Source: a virus (taxonomy: Duplodnaviria; Heunggongvirae; Uroviricota; Caudoviricetes). Taken from it: 5,947 nucleotides of DNA. The stretch lies in the IMG/VR virus record IMGVR_UViG_2681813274_000010; one strand, 5' to 3'. How positions within the stretch are numbered: the stretch's first letter is position 1; each line of letters opens with the position of its first letter. Position numbers and translations under genes: made by a program. The notes below the pieces were generated by a model. That model saw only the letters and a program-made list of their open reading frames with translations. It did not search any database and was not told the origin of the DNA. Below are positions 1 through 5,947 of this stretch, piece by piece.

Positions 1-582
1 GCCGGGAGAAGTAATCCGGAAGAGGTTTGTTTGACCAGTTGTATATGTGCCATCGGCTTTCTCCGGTGGCACGGTGTTACACAGCAGGAGTTCAATCCTG
101 CTCAAGATTGTNNNNNNNNNNNNNNNNNNNNNNNNNNNNNNNNNNNNNNNNNNNNNNNNNNNNNNNNNNNNNNNNNNNNNNNNNNNNNNNNNNNNNNNNN
201 NNNNNNNNNNNNNNNNNNNNNNNNNNNNNNNNNNNNNNNNNNNNNNNNNNNNNNNNNNNNNNNNNNNNNNNNNNNNNNNNNNNNNNNNNNNNNNNNNNNN
301 NNNNNNNNNNNNNNNNNNNNNNNNNNNNNNNNNNNNNNNNNNNNNNNNNNNNNNNNNNNNNNNNNNNNNNNNNNNNNNNNNNNNNNNNNNNNNNNNNNNN
401 NNNNNNNNNNNNNNNNNNNNNNNNNNNNNNNNNNNNNNNNNNNNNNNNNNNNNNNNNNNNNNNNNNNNNNNNNNNNNNNNNNNNNNNNNNNNNNNNNNNN
501 NNNNNCCGCCGAAACGCTGAGAGATCACAGCGATGGGCGGGTTAAGTGCGGGTGCGTTGAGGATGCCTGACACATCAGAGGT

Positions 583-610
583 GGGCGGGGATGGGATCAG
601 CTCCCCGCCC
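583..610 (-). terminator. GC-rich stem-loop just 3' of hok; possible hok mRNA 3' structure or terminator
   Basis: Perfect 8-bp inverted repeat GGGCGGGG (583-590) / CCCCGCCC (603-610) with a 12-nt loop, 8 nt after the hok stop. No U-rich tail follows on the minus-strand transcript, so it may be a structural 3' element (fbi-like) rather than a classic intrinsic terminator. Confidence 0.35.
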
Positions 611-618
611 GGTCACTC

Positions 619-774
619 TTACTTCCTGGATTCGTAGTCTACGAAGACAGCGACCTCCGTCTGGCCGGTTCGGATTCGTACCTCACAGAGGTCTTTCCTC
701 GTTACCAGTGCCGTCACTATGACGGTTAAACAGATGACGATCAGGGCGATTAACATCGCCTTTTGCTGCTTCAT
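619..774 (-). CDS. hok: Hok/Gef-family type I toxin peptide (51 aa)
   Basis: Translation MKQQKAMLIALIVICLTVIVTALVTRKDLCEVRIRTGQTEVAVFVDYESRK has one N-terminal hydrophobic helix and the conserved C..C tail of Hok/Gef peptides. It is nearly identical to E. coli HokD/HokC as I recall them. AAGGAG Shine-Dalgarno lies 9 nt upstream of the ATG at 774; stop TAA at 619-621. Confidence 0.9.
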   Translation of the reverse strand: MKQQKAMLIALIVICLTVIVTALVTRKDLCEVRIRTGQTEVAVFVDYESRK

Positions 775-831
775 AGCCTGCTTCTCCTTGCCTTTCGGCA
801 TGTAAGAGGCTAACCTACATGTGCAAAGCAT
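619..831 (-). CDS. mok: Mok-like overlapping frame (70 aa, N-terminally extended and in-frame with hok)
   Basis: ATG at 831 opens the same frame as hok (MLCTCRLASYMPKGKEKQA + Hok), preceded by a GAGG Shine-Dalgarno about 8-9 nt upstream. The layout resembles chromosomal mokC/hokC as I recall it. Confidence 0.55.
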   Translation of the reverse strand: MLCTCRLASYMPKGKEKQAMKQQKAMLIALIVICLTVIVTALVTRKDLCEVRIRTGQTEVAVFVDYESRK

Positions 832-900
832 GAAATTGGCCTCAGATTAATGTTAAGCGTCTTGCCGGACGCGTAATGTTAACTGGGGCTTTTCTCTATC
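823..900 (+). ncRNA. sok: Putative Sok-like antisense RNA (boundaries approximate)
   Basis: By analogy with hok/sok loci the antitoxin RNA is encoded opposite the mok SD/start region. Candidate plus-strand promoter: TTGCCT (788-793), 17-nt spacer, TAACCT (811-816). Stem-loop GCGTC/GACGC at 856-871. Transcript ends cannot be fixed from sequence alone. Confidence 0.3.
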
Positions 901-1065
901 TGCCTTTTGGTGTTCATGCCTGAGACAGATAGCCTCAAGCACCCGCTGCAATTCTACTTAACTCTCCTTTTCCCGCAAACCGTTTTTATCCCCAGCGGCA
1001 AATCGAATACACCACCAGCGCCACCGCCATCGCAATTCCTACCGTTGTTAATGCTTCAGGCCAGG

Positions 1066-1410
1066 TCATCGTAAAATATCCTCCACGCTTATCAGTCCGT
1101 TCCGCTCCAGATAACTCATCGCCTTATCCGGTAATTTGCAGTCTGGCTTCGCTTTCCTCAGTTGCCAGGTTAACTGCTTTACCAGCATGGTTAACTCATC
1201 GACCAGACGCTGATATCCCACTGGTTTGTATTCATGCAATTTACCGGCTGGCTCTGCTGCCAGCGATACCAGTGCGATTTCCAGAACAGCAATATCCATC
1301 TTATATGTGCGGATGATGTCATGGTCGATTGTGCCCGGTATGCACAGTCTCTGTGCTTCAATAGTCTCCTCTGCGTGAGCTATTAACTGCTCTCTGGTAA
1401 AAGTCGTCAT
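1066..1410 (-). CDS. Hypothetical phage-type protein (114 aa), paralogous to the upstream 55-aa ORF
   Basis: Intact ORF. Its ATG overlaps the stop of the upstream ORF (ATGA), suggesting translational coupling. Shares the N-terminal MTT[IF]T[KR]E and an IAL-SL-AEP motif with the 55-aa ORF. No family recognised. Confidence 0.6.
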   Translation of the reverse strand: MTTFTREQLIAHAEETIEAQRLCIPGTIDHDIIRTYKMDIAVLEIALVSLAAEPAGKLHEYKPVGYQRLVDELTMLVKQLTWQLRKAKPDCKLPDKAMSYLERNGLISVEDILR

Positions 1411-1574
1411 GCCGTAGCCCCTTCTTGATATTTTTCAAACCAGAACACAACCGGCTCTGCTTCCAGCGATGCCAGCGCAATCCGTGCCAGTTCCATTTGT
1501 TCACCACGGGTAAGCCCGTTTTCAAGCGGGTTTTTAATGAACAATTCAATACGTTCTTTGGTAATAGTGGTCAT
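1407..1574 (-). CDS. Small hypothetical protein (55 aa)
   Basis: Not in the supplied ORF track. ATG at 1574 is preceded by AAGGAG with a 6-nt spacer. Translation [55 protein letters not shown]; stop TGA at 1407-1409 overlaps the next start. Confidence 0.55.
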   Translation of the reverse strand: MTTITKERIELFIKNPLENGLTRGEQMELARIALASLEAEPVVFWFEKYQEGATA

Positions 1575-1640
1575 GTGTTACTCCTTAACCCGCAGTGCTT
1601 TCAACTGATGAGGGGAACAANNNNNNGGTGCCCCATAAAA

Positions 1641-2327
1641 TCACTCCTTCTCTTCTTTACCGTAGTGGAGTTGACCAATTTTGATAAGAGGGCGTCCCTG
1701 AGATTTGCGGTGTAGATTGGTATCGCGCAGAGAATACACACAGCCACAATATTCCTGCTGATAGAATTTTTCGCGCTTGCTGATTTCAATCATACGGGAC
1801 GAGCCGCCCTGCTTGCGCCAGTTATAATCCCAGTACACCATGCCCGGATAATGCGCGACGGCTCGCCGCCCACAGTCGTTAACCTGCTGCATATTTTTCC
1901 AGCGTGAAATGCCCAGTGAACTGCTGATCACACTGAAACCATTTTCAGCGGCGTACAGCGCTGTCCGCTCAAAACGCATGTCAAAACACATGGTGCAACG
2001 GATCCCTCGTTCGGGCTCCCATTCCATTCCTTTGGCTCGTTCAAACCAGTTGTCTGTGTCGTAATCAGCATCAATAAACGGCACGCCGTGTTGTTCAGCA
2101 AAGCGAATATTCTCATCCTTACGAATTAAATACTCTTTCTGAGGATGAATGTTCGGGTTGTAGAAAAAGATGGTGTAGTCGATTCCCGAGGCCTGAAGCG
2201 CCTCCATCACCTCACCGGAACATGGAGCACAGCAAGAGTGCAGTAGTAGTTTGTTTGCCCCGTTTGGGAGCTCCAATTTGGGCCGTTTGAAATCAGCAAC
2301 TGTCATAAATATGTTTATTGGGGTCAT
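1641..2327 (-). CDS. queH: QueH-family (DUF208) epoxyqueuosine reductase-like protein (228 aa)
   Basis: Hallmark motifs [33 protein letters not shown] and EYCGCVYS match the cysteine-rich signature of QueH/DUF208 as I know it. Full-length ORF. True start could be ATG 2327 or the in-frame ATG at 2306; neither has a strong Shine-Dalgarno. Confidence 0.85.
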   Translation of the reverse strand: MTPINIFMTVADFKRPKLELPNGANKLLLHSCCAPCSGEVMEALQASGIDYTIFFYNPNIHPQKEYLIRKDENIRFAEQHGVPFIDADYDTDNWFERAKGMEWEPERGIRCTMCFDMRFERTALYAAENGFSVISSSLGISRWKNMQQVNDCGRRAVAHYPGMVYWDYNWRKQGGSSRMIEISKREKFYQQEYCGCVYSLRDTNLHRKSQGRPLIKIGQLHYGKEEKE

Positions 2328-2470
2328 AAAAATATCAAAGAGTGTAGCATTAGAACGGGGCTATCGGAAACAGATGTGTGACTGCTCCCCGCCCTTTCGG
2401 GTGGTCTCCTGATGATTTGAGGGTGCAGAAATCCCTCCGGTTAAGGATTAAATTTTTAACAGTGCTAAAT

Positions 2471-2637
2471 TTAATTATTCAGTTCTGGATTTTGTCGCCC
2501 TGCGTATCCGCGCTTTCGCGTTACGCTCAATCTGTATCAGCTTTTCTATATTTCTCCGCCTTTCCTGTTCCTCCTGGCGCAATAGCCTTACATCATCTGC
2601 CAGTCTGGTTTCTCTTTTTGCCACAGAGAGCATCCAG
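2471..2637. repeat. Direct repeat copy A (pairs with 3418-3584)
   Basis: Ungapped alignment of 2489-2637 against 3436-3584 gives 139/149 identical nt (about 93%). Similarity continues more weakly through both stop codons. Copy A extends further to 2702, where copy B is masked. Confidence 0.85.
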
Positions 2638-2702
2638 TCAAACGGCTCCACAACCGCACCGCAGATTTTACAGCGGACCTGACGCTCTTTTTCGTCAACC
2701 CG
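2475..2702 (-). CDS. Copy A of a conserved CxxC plus basic coiled-coil module; 5' end runs into an N-mask
   Basis: Frame reads RVDEKERQVRCKICGAVVEPFDWMLSVAKRETRLADDVRLLRQEEQERRRNIEKLIQIERNAKARIRRATKSRTE, then stop. The apparent start MLIFLMHR in the ORF track is a GTG in an alternative frame of the upstream gene and is probably not real. Either a small gene starting inside the mask or the C-terminus of a fusion. Confidence 0.5.
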   Translation of the reverse strand, partial: RVDEKERQVRCKICGAVVEPFDWMLSVAKRETRLADDVRLLRQEEQERRRNIEKLIQIERNAKARIRRATKSRTE

Positions 2703-2713
2703 NNNNNNNNNNN

Positions 2714-3207
2714 ACCGATGCATGAGAAAAATCAACACCAGACTTTTCAGCCAGGTCCAAGAGACGCGCTACCAAAGGTGGGGGGGTATAGTAAGCCCCC
2801 AATTCCGAACGGTAAGCGGATGGCAGCATTACCGTATAAATTGACCCAATCAGATATCCAGCGTCCTCCGCCGGAAATTGAGCAATAAGCTCACCTGTTC
2901 GTTCAGCGAGCTCGCGTGCATCACATGGAATGTCTTCTATGTAAACAGTGTGCGGTACTGCCCTCATTTTAATGCTGCTTTTTTGCTTTTTTGCAAGGGT
3001 ATCCCAATATGCAGCTACGATGCTGAAGCAGTATGAGCGGGCATGCATCAACCTTGACTGCCCGGTTTTGTAATTGCCCGCATAACCTTTGGCCATGGCT
3101 TTACAAGTTTGATATCTTTCCAGATTAGAAAACTCATTATCTGTAAAAAAATCAAAATGTTGCACATTCATAATGTAAAATCCTAATGTATCAAACATGC
3201 GGGCCAT
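2714..3207 (-). CDS. Truncated gamma-class N6-adenine DNA methyltransferase, N-terminal fragment only
   Basis: C-terminal part of the ORF reads EDAGYLIGSIYTVMLPSAYRSELGAYYTPPPLVARLLDLAEKSG. This matches the D.LG..YE.LL ... G.[FY]YTP..[VI]..L[LM] region that precedes the SAM-binding motif in HsdM-like/type IIG methylases. The expected D-P-x-C-G-x-G motif I and the NPPY/DPPY motif IV are absent: the frame meets the 11-nt mask and then the unrelated module sequence. Confidence 0.45.
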
Positions 3208-3417
3208 AACATCTCATGGTGGCGCATAGCAAACTGGCCCGAAGAATATCACGCACCAAGTCGATCTCATAACCCGTTATGACAATAAATCTTTGTAGCT
3301 GAACTCACTTGGTGATTTGTCAATCATTCCTGGCCTCCAGTTCGTCCTGAATCTCTTTATCGAGTTCACCGTATTTGTTAGTCCTCATCACTCACGACTT
3401 GACTTCCAGAAATAACC

Positions 3418-3584
3418 TTGATTATTCGGGGCTATATTTTGTCACCCTGCGTATCCGCGCTTTCGCATTACGCTCAATCTGGATTAGCTTTTCTATATTT
3501 TTTCGCCTTTCCCGCTCCTCCTGGCGCAAGAGCCTTACATCATCTGCCAGTCTGGTTTCTCTTTTCGCCACAGAGAGCATCCAG
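3418..3584. repeat. Direct repeat copy B (pairs with 2471-2637)
   Basis: Same alignment as copy A. The repeat runs into the 527-nt N-mask, so its true length is unknown. Confidence 0.85.
3422..3584 (-). CDS. Copy B of the conserved module (3' end of a gene whose 5' part is masked)
   Basis: Frame reads WMLSVAKRETRLADDVRLLRQEERERRKNIEKLIQIERNAKARIRRVTKYSPE, then stop TAA at 3422-3424. It has 139/149 identical nt with 2489-2637. Confidence 0.5.
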
Positions 3585-4111
3585 NNNNNNNNNNNNNNNN
3601 NNNNNNNNNNNNNNNNNNNNNNNNNNNNNNNNNNNNNNNNNNNNNNNNNNNNNNNNNNNNNNNNNNNNNNNNNNNNNNNNNNNNNNNNNNNNNNNNNNNN
3701 NNNNNNNNNNNNNNNNNNNNNNNNNNNNNNNNNNNNNNNNNNNNNNNNNNNNNNNNNNNNNNNNNNNNNNNNNNNNNNNNNNNNNNNNNNNNNNNNNNNN
3801 NNNNNNNNNNNNNNNNNNNNNNNNNNNNNNNNNNNNNNNNNNNNNNNNNNNNNNNNNNNNNNNNNNNNNNNNNNNNNNNNNNNNNNNNNNNNNNNNNNNN
3901 NNNNNNNNNNNNNNNNNNNNNNNNNNNNNNNNNNNNNNNNNNNNNNNNNNNNNNNNNNNNNNNNNNNNNNNNNNNNNNNNNNNNNNNNNNNNNNNNNNNN
4001 NNNNNNNNNNNNNNNNNNNNNNNNNNNNNNNNNNNNNNNNNNNNNNNNNNNNNNNNNNNNNNNNNNNNNNNNNNNNNNNNNNNNNNNNNNNNNNNNNNNN
4101 NNNNNNNNNNN

Positions 4112-4471
4112 CTTCCGGCACTCGCGACAGATTATATTCAGGCGCCTGTCGTAGCGGCGTATTTCTCCGTCAGGTAATGACCAGATAAGGTCCGGATCAA
4201 CAACAACCGGTTTCCTCACCTTTACTCTCGAGAGTTTTTTGCGGGCGCTTTGCCAGTCCTTGCGAGCCTGTTCAGACGGGAATAAGCCGTAGCCAGAATT
4301 ATATACATCACCACTTGCGACCAGTTCTATGCATAAGCGACCGACAGACGCACGACTGATACCTGTTTCATCTGACAACTGCCGAATCGTGACCCGACCG
4401 TCCTGATGCACGAGTTCCACAATTCGCGTCTTCAGTTCTTCCCGCTGTTCGGGAGTAAAAGGTTTCGCCAT
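4112..4471 (-). CDS. Winged-HTH (DeoR-like) DNA-binding protein, 3' end masked; possibly Ren-like by position
   Basis: ATG at 4471 with AGGAGG 4 nt upstream, 14 nt after the DnaC-like stop. N-terminus REELKTRIVELVHQDGRVTIRQLSDETGISRASVGRLCIELVASGDV looks like a DeoR-type HTH. Visible part ends NIICRECRKS at the mask edge. Position directly after the helicase loader matches ren in lambda; sequence similarity to Ren is weak and recalled from memory. Confidence 0.55.
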
Positions 4472-4485
4472 AAATCCTCCTGAAA

Positions 4486-5232
4486 CTACTTAACAACCCT
4501 CGAATGGCTAACATTCGGACGCCAGCTCTCCCAGTTAAAATTCACCCAGCGCCCGCCGTTCATGACCATGCGATCCATCACCCGCTCGCCGAGCAATGTT
4601 TTCATCACCTCATAGTTCAGGTTTGTCAGCATCCCCACGCTGCGCATCGACGCTGTCCGGCGATCAACAATCTGGTGCAGCACCACCTGCTCGTTTTTCG
4701 TCTCGCGCTGAATGCCAATTTCATCAAGAACCAGCAGATCCACTTCGCACAGCTCCCGCAAAAATTTTTCGCCTGACTGCCCGTCGTCATAGCTGGCGTG
4801 CAGGGCGCTCATAACATCAGCCACGGTAACCACAATCACTGTCTGACCGTCTTTCAGCAGGCGATTCCCGATAGCTGCCGCTAAGTGATTCTTCCCGGTA
4901 CCAGGTTTTCCGCTGAACGCAAAATTTGTACACCCGGTCATCAGTTCATCGGCGATGGATTTCGCCTGGCTTAACGCGTATCGCTGGCCGTCGTTCTGCA
5001 CCTGGTAATTCGCAAACGAGCATTTACGGTGCAACGGCTGGATGCCTGAGCGATTCAGAATTTTTTCCACCCGCAACTGGCGATTCAGGCGGTTGATCTC
5101 CTCGCTACGTTTCTGGCCTTCAGCAAGTTGCCACTCGCGCCACTCCGCTACCGTTCTGAATGGGGCGGTTACATGTGGCGGGGTCAGTCGGCGGATGCGT
5201 TCCAGAACGCCGCCTGTCGCAATATTTTTCAT
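4486..5232 (-). CDS. DnaC-family AAA+ helicase loader (phage replication protein, 248 aa)
   Basis: Walker A FSGKPGTGKNHLAAAIGN and Walker B DLLVLDEIG, plus RSGIQPLHRKCSFANY and LLGERVMDRM. These align along the whole length with E. coli DnaC as I recall it, at roughly half identity. Intact ORF; its start lies 10 nt after the stop of the upstream initiator. Confidence 0.9.
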   Translation of the reverse strand: MKNIATGGVLERIRRLTPPHVTAPFRTVAEWREWQLAEGQKRSEEINRLNRQLRVEKILNRSGIQPLHRKCSFANYQVQNDGQRYALSQAKSIADELMTGCTNFAFSGKPGTGKNHLAAAIGNRLLKDGQTVIVVTVADVMSALHASYDDGQSGEKFLRELCEVDLLVLDEIGIQRETKNEQVVLHQIVDRRTASMRSVGMLTNLNYEVMKTLLGERVMDRMVMNGGRWVNFNWESWRPNVSHSRVVK

Positions 5233-5238
5233 GGTCCG

Positions 5239-5574
5239 TTACCCCCTGAAGCCTGGCGGGATCGCACTGTCCGGCAACGAGACGGTGTTAACCTGTCGGA
5301 GCAACGTCTCAGGCCGAACACCTTTCGGCGCGAACAGGCCCTGGTATTCATTGGCGATGCTGTGTCGAATCACCTGCTCAGGTGTAAAACCCTGCTGACG
5401 GAATTTTTCCAGTTCCCGTATCGCCCCGTTAGCGCCCTGCTCCGTTCGAATCGGTTTTCGCAATGCCTGTCTGAACCGGACCCACTCATGCCAGAGTGTT
5501 TCCGGCAACCAATCGGGCAGCTCAATAGCCTCCGGCTCGAATTTTTTAGACGCTCGTTTTTGGCGAGGGGGAGA
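5239..5574 (-). CDS. Replication initiator, C-terminal DnaT-like domain (frame segment)
   Basis: Frame reads SPPRQKRASKKFEPEAIELPDWLPETLWHEWVRF...RQVNTVSLPDSAIPPGFRG. The C-terminal motif VNTVS.PDS.IPPGFRG matches the C-terminus of primosomal protein DnaT as I recall it. The segment is bounded upstream by an in-frame TGA at 5575-5577, so it is not a full gene by itself. Confidence 0.7.
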   Translation of the reverse strand, partial: SPPRQKRASKKFEPEAIELPDWLPETLWHEWVRFRQALRKPIRTEQGANGAIRELEKFRQQGFTPEQVIRHSIANEYQGLFAPKGVRPETLLRQVNTVSLPDSAIPPGFRG

Positions 5575-5604
5575 TCAGTATTTAGATCTTCCTCTTCCTC
5601 TTCC

Positions 5605-5865
5605 TCTGGTAACGCTTTTTGATCCGTTTGTGTAACGCTGGCAGCGTTACCTTTTCGTTTCAGTTCGCGTATTTTTGTTACTCGCTCGTTTGTAACCGCC
5701 CGTTTTTTTTAGAGCTTTTTCCGTTATGACGTTCAAAGTTAGGTAGAGAAAGCCCTCCGTCATTTTCGACCAGCCATCCAACCTGAATTAACGCATCAGC
5801 AAAACCAGACATAAAAGTGATGCGATCTATTGCACTTTTTGTAACGCCGCGAGCGTTACAATCTG
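5605..5865. promoter_or_regulatory. Putative replication origin: iteron-like GTAACGC repeats inside the initiator gene
   Basis: GTAACGC occurs at 5609-5615, 5632-5638 and 5841-5847. Its complement GCGTTAC occurs at 5644-5650 and 5853-5859. Two near-palindromes result: GTAACGCTG-g-CAGCGTTAC (5632-5650) and GTAACGC-cgcga-GCGTTAC (5841-5859). A variant GTAACCGC sits at 5692-5699, with T-rich tracts at 5616-5620 and 5703-5710. By analogy with ori-lambda lying inside gene O. Confidence 0.35.
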
Positions 5866-5947
5866 CATTACCGTCTATCATTTGTTGATCCGCCCATGCC
5901 CAGAAGCGAATAACCTGAGGTAGCCTGAGTTTAACGGACACTCCTTC
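5678..5947 (-). CDS. Replication initiator, N-terminal domain (frame segment; 5' end beyond the window)
   Basis: Frame is open to the right edge of the window; the GTG start shown in the ORF track is probably internal. Ends NGKSSKKNGRLQTSE at TAA 5678-5680 directly after an A8 run. An acidic/basic linker continues in a third frame (5550-5708). Confidence 0.55.
   Translation of the reverse strand, partial: EGVSVKLRLPQVIRFWAWADQQMIDGNADCNARGVTKSAIDRITFMSGFADALIQVGWLVENDGGLSLPNFERHNGKSSKKNGRLQTSE

Noticed and set aside
84-101. tRNA-like T-arm (GCAGG-agttcaat-CCTGC)
   Set aside because: The loop is 8 nt rather than 7, and no acceptor, D or anticodon arms can be built from flanking sequence, which runs into the mask. 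Not supportable as a tRNA or att site.
27-570. Three plus-strand ORFs (27-545, 31-570, 47-520) of 157-179 aa
   Set aside because: They exist only because the N-run 112-505 has no stop codons. The flanking real sequence contributes under 30 codons each and shows no protein-like features.
619-1410. hok as relF of a relB-relE-hokD operon
   Set aside because: The gene immediately upstream is the 114-aa unknown ORF, separated by a 234-bp leader with mok. Nothing resembles RelE or RelB, so this is a stand-alone mok/hok/sok arrangement.
1358-2116. Minus ORFs 1358-1549, 1601-1789 and 1928-2116, and plus ORF 1425-1715
   Set aside because: Alternative-frame or antisense overlaps of the QueH-like gene and the two small paralogs. 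The in-frame genes explain the region better.
2378-2725. Plus-strand ORF 2378-2725 (115 aa)
   Set aside because: Antisense to repeat copy A. It is mirrored at the second repeat copy only because the DNA is duplicated.
2715-2738. N-terminal MLIFLMHR of ORF 2475-2738 as the start of the module protein
   Set aside because: It begins at a GTG in an alternative frame of the methyltransferase-fragment ORF and is joined to the module only across masked bases.
3375-4188. Plus-strand ORFs 3375-4154 and 3418-4188, and minus ORF 3540-4121
   Set aside because: Open only across the 527-nt N-mask. The unmasked ends are antisense to, or out of frame with, the minus-strand genes.
5583-5600. (TCTTCC)x3 tandem microrepeat as a CRISPR or satellite-type repeat
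   Set aside because: It is simply the coding sequence for the poly-Glu stretch of the initiator linker. No spacer-repeat architecture exists anywhere in the window.
4504-5622. Plus-strand ORFs 4504-4776, 4596-4814, 5042-5398 and 5128-5622
   Set aside because: Antisense shadows of the DnaC-like and initiator genes, which have strong family motifs on the minus strand. No Shine-Dalgarno or recognisable motifs.

Overview
This 5,947-nt window reads as an enterobacterial lambdoid-prophage-like replication/nin-type module, with every credible gene on the minus strand (transcription right to left). Four N-masked stretches (112-505, 1621-1626, 2703-2713, 3585-4111) hide about 16% of it. Right to left: (1) a replication initiator with a DnaT-like C-terminal domain, split into three reading frames by two -1 shifts at A-runs and carrying iteron-like GTAACGC repeats; (2) a DnaC-family helicase loader; (3) a winged-HTH protein whose 3' end is masked; (4) two direct-repeat copies (about 93% nt identity) of a CxxC plus basic coiled-coil coding module, one fused behind a truncated gamma-class N6-adenine methyltransferase fragment; (5) a QueH (DUF208) epoxyqueuosine-reductase-like gene; (6) two small overlapping paralogous ORFs; (7) a mok/hok/sok type I toxin-antitoxin locus. 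The plus-strand ORFs in the track are antisense shadows or artefacts of N-runs. The strongest candidates for something undescribed are the QueH-like gene with its two small paralogous partners, and the duplicated module next to the methyltransferase remnant. All family assignments rest on motifs read by eye and recalled sequences; no database search was run.
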